This document shows positions 11,231 through 22,155 of a DNA stretch of 22,155 nucleotides, piece by piece. Each line of letters begins with the position of its first letter. Positions within the stretch are counted from its first letter, which is position 1. Below the pieces are notes generated by a model. That model had not been told where the DNA came from and searched no databases. It worked only from the letters and a program-made list of their open reading frames with translations. The stretch comes from Tubiluchus corallicola (lineage: Eukaryota > Animalia > Priapulida): NCBI GenBank assembly GCA_030141605.1, contig JAQGDQ010000814.1:1-22155 (forward strand), written 5' to 3'. The translations under genes and the position numbers were made by a program.

Positions 11231-11663
11231 TGTTAATATGGCTACATGAAAAACAATAGTTTTTGAAGGAAGGTTTTATAGTGAGTCTGCAAACAGAAGA
11301 AAACTTTACATTTCTTGAAAAAGGAATATATTATAGAACTAAGAACACAAGTTGATAATAATAATGAATAAAGGTAAATGAGTGAGTTATTTATTTTTTA
11401 TAAAAATCGGCCAAAGGAAGGATTTAAGCATCGGGACGTTAGCTGTGACAATGAAGTGCAGAAAGAATCAACTTACTGCTATTATAGTAAATGAAAATTT
11501 TTACCTATGTTCTCTCAAATTAATACCTGAGATTAAATTTCTAATCTTAGTTTTTCCAGGCTAAAATTAGTTTTTTAAGCTAAAGTTTTATTTATACATT
11601 ACTGCCTTCCAAATTCTGTGTCATATTTTAGTGTACTTTCATGTGTGTCAAAGGTCAGTGGCA

Positions 11664-12797
11664 AGGGAGACCGGGGCTGGATGTAAGTTGGAACAGCCTT
11701 TATATCTCCGTTACCATTGTCTAAGGGTTATGGGAAGACTAGATAACAATGACCCTTGGGCAACCTTTCCGCTACACGCGTGTCAGTGATGATGATGAGT
11801 TTAGTACAGCAGGAAACTGAGCACGAGGCGGATTTAACAGCTGGAAGTAAATTTCTGCTTTTTTCCAATATTTGATTTACTAATTAAACTACACTATTTT
11901 TAAATAGTAGAAAAAATAAGAAAGTACTGAGCTTTTGCTACGCTACGTTATAACAAGTTCTTTTTAAACACGGATGTATTTTTTAAATTATGCTTTATTA
12001 TGCATAAACTAGTTTAATTATGCAAGAATTCTACAACACAAAAGTATGAAGGAACGCGAAATGTTTACAGTAAATGTGAAAATCTGAAAAAGTGAAAGCG
12101 AGAAAGCGTATCTGAGAATGTGAGAATACGAGGAAACAAGAGAATCTGAGAGAATAAACTCCAGCGGCCAGCTCCGCCTTATCAGTGCCAGGGAACAATC
12201 TAGAAATAAAAAGTTCTCCAAGGTAAGACGATTGTTCTACTGTACAATATAATATTCCAGAATAAACTCCACAACAAGTACAAAATTCCTCCTGGGGCTA
12301 GTTGTAACGCTGTTGTTTAACATAGCCATTTTGTACATGCTGTTTGTTTACCAGAATTAAAATTAATTACTAGACCTTACTGATGTTCAATAATTATATA
12401 TTGTAATTTTGATGTTAAAATTTGATCAGTAGTTTTTCGTTACAATATAAACGCAATTTCTCCATTCTGGAATGGCTGCCATGTTGTACTTGTGTATTGG
12501 CTTGTTTGTGTAATTAAGCTTACTGAATCTAGGTTCATCGGAAAAAAATCTTGCCAGATTATTGATGTACCAATGTTGCATTTTGCCCCGGGCTGTGTTA
12601 CAACATACTCCAAATGAGGGGTTCGTGACTTATTTTTCTTGACATCTCTACGGCTCCGTAATCCCTTACAATGTTAATGACTACATGTGTAGAGGACTTT
12701 GTGGTGTACTTTGTCTGGGTACTAATCTGTGACACAGTCACCAAGCTTTTATGTATTTACAAGAGAAAGGAATGTTATAACCATCCCCGGTCTCCCC
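11664..12797. mobile_element. pogo/Tc1-like non-autonomous DNA transposon containing an LTR fragment
   Basis: TIRs AGGGAGACCGGGGCTGGATGTAA and GGGGAGACCGGGGATGGTTATAA; TA on the right flank, CA on the left; internal TIR-like GGGGCTAGTTGTAAC near 12294. Confidence 0.75.
12006..12276 (-). mobile_element. LTR family B, truncated copy
   Basis: Closely matches about 16436-16705 and ends ...ctccacaaca; the other terminus is missing. Confidence 0.75.
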
Positions 12798-12970
12798 TAA
12801 GTTTTCAGGCTGATGCAATTTCACCCCAAGCTCTGACGTTTTCTTGTTAATGCCATTAAAAAGTGAAGGCAGGTGAGCTATAGGGATGCAAAAGGAGTTC
12901 ATTGCCAGCTTCCCTGTGTAGAAATTGCATAGTACAATTGTATTGTATATGTGTACTATCTTCACACTAA

Positions 12971-13429
12971 CCCTTTCATACCCGTTGTATCCCGTGGGAT
13001 TCGAGAAAATTTTCTGCCTTTAAAATTAATAAAATTTTAAAACTGACAGTTATTTGATCTGTTAATAGTTATTTTGAATTAAGCCAATAGCAATAGACTA
13101 AAAATGGTGATAAAATGGCAAACTAGAAAATCTACATAGGATAAAAAACTGCGCAAGGTACAGTACTTTAGAGACGACTTTGTACAGATCAGCATAGGAT
13201 GCATACTAAATGTCTTAAATACTTTAAAAAATTATCAGCAGTTGTAAAATGAAGCACATTTTATGCTTCCATTGAATCCCAATGTATCCCGTGGGATACA
13301 GGCTATATTTAGCACGCGGGCACAGGTAGAAAAAATAATTATTATGTGTAAACAAGATGGACATACTGAACAAAAGAACCAAGGCAAAAAACTTTTTCTT
13401 ATTAAAAAAATAATTTAGGACTGAAAGGG
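12971..13429. mobile_element. piggyBac-like MITE
   Basis: CCCTTTCA...TGAAAGGG termini flanked by CTAA and TTAA; near-palindrome TGTATCCCGTGGGAT(ACA) at 12986 and 13283. Confidence 0.7.
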
Positions 13430-13442
13430 TTAAGATACTAAC

Positions 13443-13606
13443 CCCTCCTTGCTTCACCATTTTAATGTCCTCGTAATATACCCTCCATAGTGCTAAGTTC
13501 ATGAGCTCGGCCTCATACTTGGTATGCCGATACCACCACACGAAGCCAATGACAGCTACTAGCAGGAAACCTCCCAGTACTGCCGGAATGATGATAGCTG
13601 TAAAAT
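13443..13606 (-). CDS. Receptor guanylyl cyclase exon; transmembrane helix and juxtamembrane region
   Basis: ttttgcag acceptor, gttagt donor; 164 nt; DFTAIIIPAVLGGFLLVAVIGFVWWYRHTKYEAELMNLALWRVYYEDIKMVKQGG is a hydrophobic helix followed by the YRxxxxExELxxxxWRIxxxDI motif. Confidence 0.95.
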
Positions 13607-13934
13607 CTGCAAAAAATCAACAATGCTGTTCTTTGTACTTAGTAAATGAATGAAGAAGTTCATGTGGATTTAAGATTGCAAAATGAATAGTTTCACTTTT
13701 ATTTAGTCATCACAATACTTAAAATTTTACGAAGCGAAAGAAAGGATTGCCGTGGAATAGCCAGGAATATATCTGCGAATAACATTTACCTGGGTCTCTT
13801 AAATGATAACGTCGTCTAGCACACGTTTGTGGGTTTAGTAAGTCACGTTTTTGGTTAGTGCAGTTGTAGTTGATACCAGCTATTTTGTTTTATGACATTT
13901 GTTTATGTAGTGTTGTAATATATTCTATATTATT

Positions 13935-14145
13935 TTATATTGTATTGTATTGTATTGTATTGCATTGCATTGCACTGCACTGCACTGCACTATGTGACCT
14001 AGCGTTTTATGTGCCTCAAAATCGACTTTAAATAAACTACTTACTTATTTACTCACTCACTCACTCACTCACTCACTCACTCACTCACTCACTCATTCAC
14101 TCACTCACTCACTCAGTCACTCACTCACTCAGTCACTCACTCACT
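13935..14145. repeat. (ATTGT)n/(GCACT)n and (ACTC)n microsatellites; possibly a retroelement 3' tail
   Basis: Simple repeats seen directly; AATAAA immediately precedes the ACTT/ACTC run. Confidence 0.85.
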
Positions 14146-14873
14146 AACATTTCGCCATTCTTCAGAATTTTAGATGGGCATTCGCGCCTGAACCTCGGAA
14201 ATGCGTTGCACAAAAACAAGTAGTGCACTTCACAATTCAGCGGTGTTCACTTGTGACGTAGTGCACACCTTTCGAGAGCACTGTGGTAAACTTAAAATTT
14301 GAAATTTAAGCTTAAAATTTGTCGAGTTTTTCTACGTCAGCACTGTACTTCAATTTTCGCTTTCTCAAACACGTGTAACACACTCATGGCATGTTTGTTA
14401 TGTTGAAAATTTTGTTCATTAATTAAGTTTTTAGTCTATTATTTAATTACCAGAAACGCTTTGACATTGTTATAGGTGTTGAAATGTCAAAGCGGTGGTA
14501 GGAAAAGAAAAATCACATTATTTTCCGTTTATGATATATGTAGTCTTGAGCATGTAAGCCTATTATAGGAGTATACTGGGAACTTTTACATAGAGACAGG
14601 AAATCTGTCTCAAATGTTATTTTCTTCAGCTTGAAAATAGTGGAAAATTACAGGCACTCAGTCTAATTGCAGGTAATGAAAAACGCCAAGACGCTTGCAA
14701 AAATACGAGTCGTTTAAAATAAGAGCAATGTTCTGAGTTATGTAACTGAAAGATAAGTAACATCACTCGCCGCTCATTACAAGATGTGACGTCAAAACTG
14801 ATATTTTGGTAAATTTTGCATAGAGTTTAAAAAAGTTTACGTGTGACGTGACTCATAATATACACTTAATGAC

Positions 14874-15411
<538 letters not shown>

Positions 15412-15774
15412 CACACGAATGTCAATAGTTATGAGTTTGGCTGCAGCCCAAAGCAGGCGAAAAGACAGGCAGTCGAGTTGATGGAATTATTAAAAATTTG
15501 CTTTTAATAGCAAGTCTTATTAGTACTGAACAATGCATTAATGTACAAACGTCAAGGATTTTAATGTACATACATGCATAGAGGTTTGGGCCAAAAGACT
15601 TGTAGAGAAACATTGAGCTTATAGATAACTCAGGTGCTAATCATAACAGTTATGAATTCAGAACTTCATTGAATTACGCTGAGATACATAATGAAAAATG
15701 CACAATTTAAAATTAAGTTTATTAAAATCGTAGTAAACCATACTGTTATTGATAGTCAATCAATGTATACCTAC

Positions 15775-16008
15775 CTATCTTCTCCTCACTCAAACAGAAT
15801 TCGTTTTTGAATCCACAAACAGGTTTAGCTGGTGGCGGACCACTTCGACCACCTGGCCAATACAGGGTGAGATTTGGCATAGGTATGTAGGCCCACTGCC
15901 AGCCACTGTACAAAGCTATGCGTTGATAGCCGGTGCCGTTGTAATTATAGACGGCAAAATCGTTGTTACGGTTACCTCTCGAGTCTAGGCTGACGAAACC
16001 AGTCATTC
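15775..16008 (-). CDS. Receptor guanylyl cyclase exon; end of extracellular domain with juxtamembrane Cys pair
   Basis: gacag acceptor, gtaggt donor; 234 nt, phase 1-1; GMTGFVSLDSRGNRNNDF...WPGGRSGPPPAKPVCGFKNEFC matches GxTGxVxxDxNGDR and WPGGxxPxDxPxCGFxNExC. Confidence 0.95.
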
Positions 16009-16176
16009 CTGTCAAACGACAAACTGCTTTAATAATAATGAACACAAACTATCGTACTTGATTGTACTTCGTTTAGATGTGTTGATGTTGTTTGTTAAAT
16101 ACAAAAACGTATCTAACACTAATCTACAAATTTACAGGTGCTAACAAACGTTTCGAGCTTTCTTATAATCTTTTAC

Positions 16177-16312
16177 CTGGAAAGACTATGGTTTTCAGGG
16201 TGTTAGTAAACTGACGTCCATTCAAAACATCTTTTTCTCCAGCTCGTATTCGCTTGTCCAAACCTTTAGCAAACAATGTCACTGTGTCGTACAAATGCCT
16301 GGCCCGAGTAAT
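16177..16312 (-). CDS. Receptor guanylyl cyclase exon; extracellular domain
   Basis: tttcttag acceptor, gtaaaa donor; 136 nt; ITRARHLYDTVTLFAKGLDKRIRAGEKDVLNGRQFTNTLKTIVFP(G) matches the LYDAVxLYAxAL...NG...FxG pattern. Confidence 0.9.
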
Positions 16313-16374
16313 CTAAGAAACAATGAACAGGTTCGATAAGCTGTTACTGATACAGGGAAAGCATGGAGAGGGAG

Positions 16375-16705
16375 TGTTGTGTTTTGTTTCTCTCGTAAGG
16401 CTCGTCGAGAAAATCAGAAAACACTTCGTCAAATTAAACTAGTTTATTATACGAGAATTCTACAATGCAAAAGTATGAAGGAACGCGAAATGTTTACAGT
16501 AAATGTGATAATCTGGAAACGTGAAAAGCGTATCTGAGAATGTGAGAGAATAAACTTCAGTGGCCAGCTCTGCCTTATATATCAGTGCCAGGGAACAATC
16601 TAGAAATAGAAAGTTCTAGAAACTTCTACAAGGTAAGAAGATTGTTCTACTATACTATACAACATTCTACAATATTCTATTTAATTCTAGTGGATCTCCA
16701 CAACA
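16375..16705 (-). mobile_element. Solo LTR, family B, complete (331 bp)
   Basis: Perfect inverted ends TGTTGTG...CACAACA; perfect 5-bp TSD GGGAG; TATATAA followed by AATAAA on the minus strand. Confidence 0.88.
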
Positions 16706-16746
16706 GGGAGAAACACTCATTTGCTGTATGAGTACAAAAACGCACT

Positions 16747-17200
16747 TTGAATTGATTTGAATATTTATTTATTTCGGAATCTAAACCATAAAACAGAAAT
16801 ACATAAATACAAGAATAAAAACATTGCTAAAAACTATCTTAAAAAGTTGTTTACAGTATAATACATGGGTATGATTACGCATTACGACTGAAATCGTTCT
16901 CCATTTGCTAAAAATATAAGAATTCATACGGATTTTGACTGGAGCGACTAAAAAAAATAAACGACTTTTCATATGATTACGTCATACTGCTGAATTTGCA
17001 AGTTGTCACACATTTCACTGGCGCTGCAATCGCAGAGCAACGAAAATAGCTTTCTTATACACTTGTTATACGTAACTTTCAATTCTTTAATAATATAGGC
17101 ATAGTAATTCCTCCACAATGGTATATCATAGACACTAGTATAATAGGTTTTAAACAATTGTATCTTAACATCTTTACTACGAAATGAAAACGTTTCTAAT
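16747..17200 (-). mobile_element. 5'-truncated, degenerate LINE (RTE-X-like ORF2 C-terminus and 3' tail)
   Basis: FSFRSKDVKIQLFKTYYTSVYDIPLW...LKVTYNKCIRKLF...SASEM resembles the post-RT region of RTE-X elements as I recall it; ends in AAATAAATAAATATTCAAATCAATTCAA. Confidence 0.7.
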
Positions 17201-17433
17201 GAGAATGTTTGCTCTAGTAGCACGAAGACATTTCGATCTCGTAATATTCTCAATTACCAGAGGCCAAATTTGGTTATAATATATGTTCTTGATATTTATA
17301 CGTAAAGACAATGTATTTTGCATTTGAAGCATTTAATGATCATTGGCTTCTTTAATTATCATTGGCTTCTGTAATGACAGCAGTTTTATCATAACAATGT
17401 TTCCCAAATTTGACCAAAGGGTTGACTTCTAGC

Positions 17434-17668
17434 CAGGGCCTATTTCAGTCTGAGCAAGGCCCGGGGAAGTAGGGCTTGTCAGGCCTCCTCGAGGGGGGAG
17501 CGCCCAGAAAATTTTTGAACTGCTAGAACGCCGGAGAAGCATTTCGAAGAGAAAATATGGAGTTATACAGTATGTTCGCATAGAGCAAAAAAAATTACCT
17601 CGGCGCGAGGCCCCCTGGAGGGTGAGGCCCCAGGGAAGTATCACCAGTCCCCCCTGAAATAGGCCCTG
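17434..17668. mobile_element. hAT-type MITE, 235 bp
   Basis: Perfect 15-bp TIR CAGGGCCTATTTCAG; perfect 8-bp TSD CTTCTAGC at 17426-17433 and 17669-17676. Confidence 0.93.
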
Positions 17669-17680
17669 CTTCTAGCTTAC

Positions 17681-17860
17681 CTCAATATTCTCATTTTCCC
17701 ACCCGGGAACGGCTTTCAGTCGTGATATCACCTCTTCTTGGAGTGGCTTCCTTCCAGGCACCTCGGCAAAGAATATATGGATGACAAACAATGCTTCAGC
17801 TGCTTTCCGCGCATCAGCGTCTCTACCGTCATGTCTAGGAACTAACAGACAATCACCAGG
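17681..17860 (-). CDS. Receptor guanylyl cyclase exon; extracellular domain
   Basis: ttccag acceptor, gtaag donor; 180 nt, phase 0-0; PGDCLLVPRHDGRDADARKAAEALFVIHIFFAEVPGRKPLQEEVISRLKAVPGWENENIE contains the DGRDxxARxAxEA motif. Absent from the ORF track. Confidence 0.9.
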
Positions 17861-18169
17861 CTGGAAACATAAATGTAAACAACGGGATTAGTTTAATTAC
17901 AGCCCCGTGCTATTCTTACTTTCCTCTGACAAAATTAAGAGGGCCGCCATCTTGGTTGATCTCTGTTTAATTCTATCTGCTAAAACATTTAAGACCAGTT
18001 TGCTCATTGCCAATATTTTTCATTTTTTCAATGTAATTCAGGTCACGTAGTCGGGTATCAGGAATGAAAAGGGGCATCAATCGTGTATGAATACCAACTC
18101 GTGTATCATGGCGGTCTGAAATATGCTTTTTGTCATTTACATTATACATTATGTCATGAATAAACATAC

Positions 18170-18230
18170 TCACGCGCGCACGAACGCACGCACGCACGAA
18201 CGCACGCACGCACACACACACAAACACACA

Positions 18231-18296
<66 letters not shown>

Positions 18297-18450
18297 CATG
18301 TATTATATTATGGTATATTATATTATATTACATTACATTACATTATATTATATATATTATTTTTTCGTTCCTACAATTTTCATCAATTTTAACATAATAT
18401 ATATATATATATACATATCATACATTGCATCATACATATCATATATATTA
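18170..18450. repeat. Compound (GCAC)n/(CA)n/(TA)n/(TATTA)n microsatellite
   Basis: Seen directly. Confidence 0.95.
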
Positions 18451-19024
18451 TGTTAAAACTGATAACGTTATGTACCAAAATTGTGGTACAGTATCATTGC
18501 ACCATATTGCATCATGCAGGGAAGGATTTTGAATTTGTAGGTCCCTGGGGTACAGATGCTGTGAGGCCCCCCCCCCCAGTAACAATTGACAAAAGCACGA
18601 ATGTTGGATTCTTTAAACAATTTATTCAACTTCTACAACATAATGCCAACATTAGTCTCGCAAGATGGGCGCAAGTCTAACGCAACAAAAAGAGATTTTC
18701 TGATATTTACAAATTAAAATAAGTTTTTGAAAGATGAAATATAATAAGTATAAATTGCAATAAATAAATTACGAGTGAGTTGGAATAAAGGACAAGACAA
18801 CAATTCCAGTGTATCATTGTGCAATATATTGATTAAATGAGCTCTTTTTAAAGAGATAATTCAGTATACTTCTACTCTCATTCTGTAGTAAGTTTTTCAC
18901 AGTCAATTAATTTCACTTAATCTCTGGAGGCACCTCAGCAGGCGGAGACATGCATCATCACTGTCCTCACAATGGCTTCTATAAACGCGCCTGTACTTGT
19001 TTCATTCGTTTCAGCACCTATCAA

Positions 19025-19098
19025 CAGGCCCTATTTCAAGGGGGGGGGGGGGAGTGGGGACACTTCCCCGGGCCTCGCTTAGGCTGTAATAGGCCCTG
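19025..19098. mobile_element. 74-bp hAT micro-MITE, same family as 17434-17668, opposite orientation
   Basis: TIRs CAGGCCCTATTTCA and CAGGGCCTATTACA; perfect 8-bp TSD CCTATCAA at 19017-19024 and 19099-19106. Confidence 0.9.
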
Positions 19099-19149
19099 CC
19101 TATCAACGCTGAAAAGTTGGCGTTGTTCCTTTTAGTGAAACGAATAAAC

Positions 19150-19658
19150 GTGAAGCCATTACTTGTGAAGCCATTACTTATGAAGCCATTACTTATGAAG
19201 CCATTACTTATGAAGCCATTACTTGTGAAGCCATTACTTATGAAGCCATTACTTATGAAGCCATTACTTGGGAAGCCATTACTTGGGAAGCCATTACTTG
19301 TGAAGCCATTACTTGTGAAGCCATTACTTGTGAAGCCATTACTTGTGAAGCCATTACTTGCGAAGCAATTACTTGGGAAGCCATTACTTGGGAAGCCATT
19401 ACTTGTGAAGCCATTACTTGTGAAGCCATTACTTGTGAAGCCATTACTTGTGAAACCATTACTTGTAAAGCAATTACTTGTGAAGCCATTACTTGTGAAA
19501 CCATTACTTGTGAAGCCATTACTTGTGAAGCCATTACTTGTGAAGCCATTACTTGTGAAGCCATTACTTGTGAAGCCATTACTTGTGAAGCCATTACTTG
19601 TGAAGCCATTACTTATGAAGCCGTTACTTGTGAAGCCATTACTTGCGAAGCCATTACT
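19150..19658. repeat. 15-bp minisatellite, about 34 copies (GTGAAGCCATTACTT)
   Basis: Direct periodicity with substitutions but no visible indels. Confidence 0.98.
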
Positions 19659-19676
19659 CAATAGGCTAAAACTTAC

Positions 19677-19804
19677 GTCGTTTCTTGAAGTCTCTATAGT
19701 GATGAACAAATATTCACCGGTGGTAGTCAATCCAAGGTCATACGCTGCCAGCATAAGCGAGCGAAGTAGGTCTGGTTTATCTATGTCATATACTAATGAA
19801 ATAA
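19677..19804 (-). CDS. Receptor guanylyl cyclase exon; extracellular domain
   Basis: tttcag acceptor, gtaagt donor; 128 nt; IISLVYDIDKPDLLRSLMLAAYDLGLTTTGEYLFITIETSRND resembles the NPR motif RxxMLxAxxxGxxxGEYVF. Confidence 0.92.
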
Positions 19805-19917
19805 CTGAAAGAAACAAATGACAATTAAATAAAACTTTGCTATAGGTGAGAAAGGACAGTTAAGGGTTTTGAAAGAACAAAAACACTGAAATACAATTTA
19901 TACAGGCAGTTTGAATG

Positions 19918-20335
19918 CAATTCAATTCAATTTTATTTTCATCTTGCAGTTTAAAATTCATCTTAATTATTTTTATATTCCATTGTAGCCGAGAAGGAGC
20001 AGCGAAAGACCTATTGGTCACTTGGCCAGCTGCCCCTTATTAAAAGTACAAGTTTATCTACGGGGTGATGACATTTTCATAAAAACAAACGCAATTCCAT
20101 TGAAAACAAACGAAATTATCACAAGCAAATCAAAACAGGATTCAACTAGGGGCAAAAATTATAACACACAAAAGCAAGAAAATCAAACTCAAGAGCAAAA
20201 ACAAAATTCAGTTTAAAGCAAAACATATATGAAGCAACAGTAACAAAAATCTTCGCAAGGCGAAACTAAAAAATCAAAACAAGGCTAGAACAAGATATAT
20301 AATTAGGCGAGCAGAATTTTTGTGATGCAACATTC
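19918..20335 (-). mobile_element. Probable CR1/L2-type LINE 3' UTR remnant
   Basis: Minus strand ends AAATAAAATTGAATTGAATTG after a T-rich segment; boundaries approximate. Confidence 0.4.
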
Positions 20336-20372
20336 AATCTAGAGGCAAAGCAGAGCAACCGAACATGTTCAT

Positions 20373-20621
20373 TCTTATATTAATATTCTTGGTATCTTAA
20401 TATATATATAAGATTCGAGGCTACAGCCCGGACGACGGCACCATTTGCGGCGATCTATATATCAAACGAAAGGTCTCGATCTAGTGTCGTGCCATTGATG
20501 GTTTATTTTTCGAATCGGGCCCTTTCGTTTGATATATAGATCGCCGCAAATGGTGCCCTCGTCAAAGCTGTAGCCTCGAATCTTATATATATATTAAGAT
20601 ACCAAGAATATTAATATAAGA
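20373..20621. repeat. Fold-back inverted repeat: 101-bp arms, 4 mismatches, 47-nt loop
   Basis: 20373-20473 is the reverse complement of 20521-20621; same family as the element at 11092-11215. Confidence 0.93.
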
Positions 20622-20692
20622 GATACGTGGAAGTGTTTCTATATTGACACCAAAGATTGAAAATGACACATTTACACTTAAAATTTACTCAC

Positions 20693-20817
20693 TTCTTGAC
20701 CTTTTTGCAATATCAGCCATTATTTCTTCACAATATGCCTGATTCCAGCGATGGTCTAAATAATACACTACTTCATCGACTGTGATATTATTGTCCCTAA
20801 AGTGTTTCATGATTGTC
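20693..20817 (-). CDS. Receptor guanylyl cyclase (NPR-like), first exon found in window; extracellular ANF-receptor domain
   Basis: ttttcag acceptor and gtgagt donor on minus strand; 125 nt, phase 2 to 1; reads TIMKHFRDNNITVDEVVYYLDHRWNQAYCEEIMADIAKRSR and joins the next exon as SR-II, typical of this domain. Confidence 0.85.
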
Positions 20818-20941
20818 CTGAAAAGTCATTGCAGTCAACAGTGTCTAAGATACAGATACAGCCATATATTTATATACGGAAAATATCCACACAAGGGGAA
20901 ACTAGTATAAACACCCAAAAAGAAAAAAATCAGATAAAATC

Positions 20942-21265
20942 TTTTGTGAAGCCAAGTTTGCATAATCACCTCTACCTATATATACTGACTGGATTTTATT
21001 TTCTAGTCACTGTCTCACTCTCAATGCAGTGCAGCAGTCGTTACTTACTGTCTCACTCTCAGTGCAGTGCAGCAGTCATTACTTACTGTCTAACTCACAG
21101 TGATCAGTACAGGACACTCTTGTTCTCAGTGTTCAGTGCAGCAGTCATTCTACATATGTGTATGTAGTCTAATAAACCCTTTTCAGTTTTGAGCAGATAT
21201 GTAGTATAGTTGTTTATTCTTTTTCTACAAAGTGTTCAACTACAACCTCAAACATGACTTTCACA
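20942..21265 (+). mobile_element. LTR family A, copy 3, 5'-truncated
   Basis: ttttgtgaagccaagtttgcataat...aaacatgactttcaca matches copies 1 and 2; no TSD found. Confidence 0.75.
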
Positions 21266-22155
21266 ATATAAGTATAGATAATTACAGATAAAATCAACAC
21301 TCAAAAACACACAGTATTTGTGATGCAAGAAGTTTGTGCACCATATGCACGTAAAATTCAAATAATTATGTACAGCTACGTTTGATAACATATTATACAA
21401 ATCTTCCATTTCTAGGAATTTATGCCTATATATTTGGGAATCGACAGGTAATATAATGTTTAGAATAAAATTTACAATACACAACTCATCATCTGTGACA
21501 TCTTTTGCTAAATAGCTGATTAATGAAATCAGTTTAGAAAACTTAACTAAACGTTTAAACGTCTACATGTAGAAGTGTCTAGGCAGTGCTATCCAGGGAA
21601 TGCTGTAAATTATATTTTATACAAATAGGTTTTTGTAAAAAGTAGTGTTTAAGTTACTTTAGCTACCGTAGAAATTTGCTAAGTTCTAAACTGGCAATTG
21701 CCACAAGACCACGTGCTTATAGTTTGTGACTGTTGCCATGGATACATCTACCAATAGGCTAACTAGGCTGTAGTCTGGAAATTCAGTGCTAAAAAACTTA
21801 TTCTCCTCGGAAAATGCATATCCTTTCATATATGACATGCGCATTTTATAGCAAACTACAAAGAGTTACTGAATCCGCTTTTATATAAGCGCCACATAAA
21901 AACGAGTACAATTATTTCATAAAAATAGTACGCCACAAGCAGTTGCGCAATGCTTCTTTATATAAGCGCTATGCAAATATATGCAATTAACAATACTGCT
22001 TCTATTTCTACTAACACACCACAAGTAACTATGGAAAATTGGGCTTCACATGTAAGTACCCATATATACATAAGAGAGATGACTGGTACAGAATTGTCAG
22101 CGTAGGACGTCGCCATGTCAGTTTATTATTTTTGCTGTGTTTTCAGTTCTACTAT

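Noticed and set aside
17973-18392. CV-repeat and HT-repeat ORFs
   Set aside because: Translations of the (CA)n microsatellite.
18517-18580. CAGGGAAGGATTT...GGCCCCCC as another hAT MITE end
   Set aside because: No partner TIR or TSD could be found.
19117-19821. Plus-strand (VKPLL)n ORF and minus-strand (MASQV)n ORF
   Set aside because: Alternative frames of the 15-bp minisatellite with no independent coding evidence.
21266-22155. A further upstream exon of the receptor
   Set aside because: I found no phase-compatible open segment with convincing splice sites or family similarity.

Overview
AT-rich, repeat-dense eukaryotic (invertebrate-like) genomic DNA, not prokaryotic. The window lies inside one minus-strand gene for a receptor-type (natriuretic-peptide-receptor-like) guanylyl cyclase. 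I reconstructed ten phase-compatible GT-AG exons by hand (1508 nt, about 502 codons). They cover the C-terminal part of the extracellular ANF-receptor domain, the transmembrane helix and the first half of the kinase-homology domain; the gene's 5' end and the cyclase domain lie outside the window. The introns hold hAT-type MITEs with perfect 8-bp TSDs, two LTR families (best copies are solo LTRs with 5-bp TSDs), pogo/Tc1-like and piggyBac-like non-autonomous elements, an RTE-X-like LINE fragment, minisatellites, microsatellites and a 249-bp fold-back hairpin. The long repetitive ORFs are artefacts of stop-free tandem repeats. I found no convincing new multi-gene system. The best leads are repeat/splice-site interactions, a DFG-to-GFG change in the kinase-homology domain, the hairpin and a nested transposon stack.
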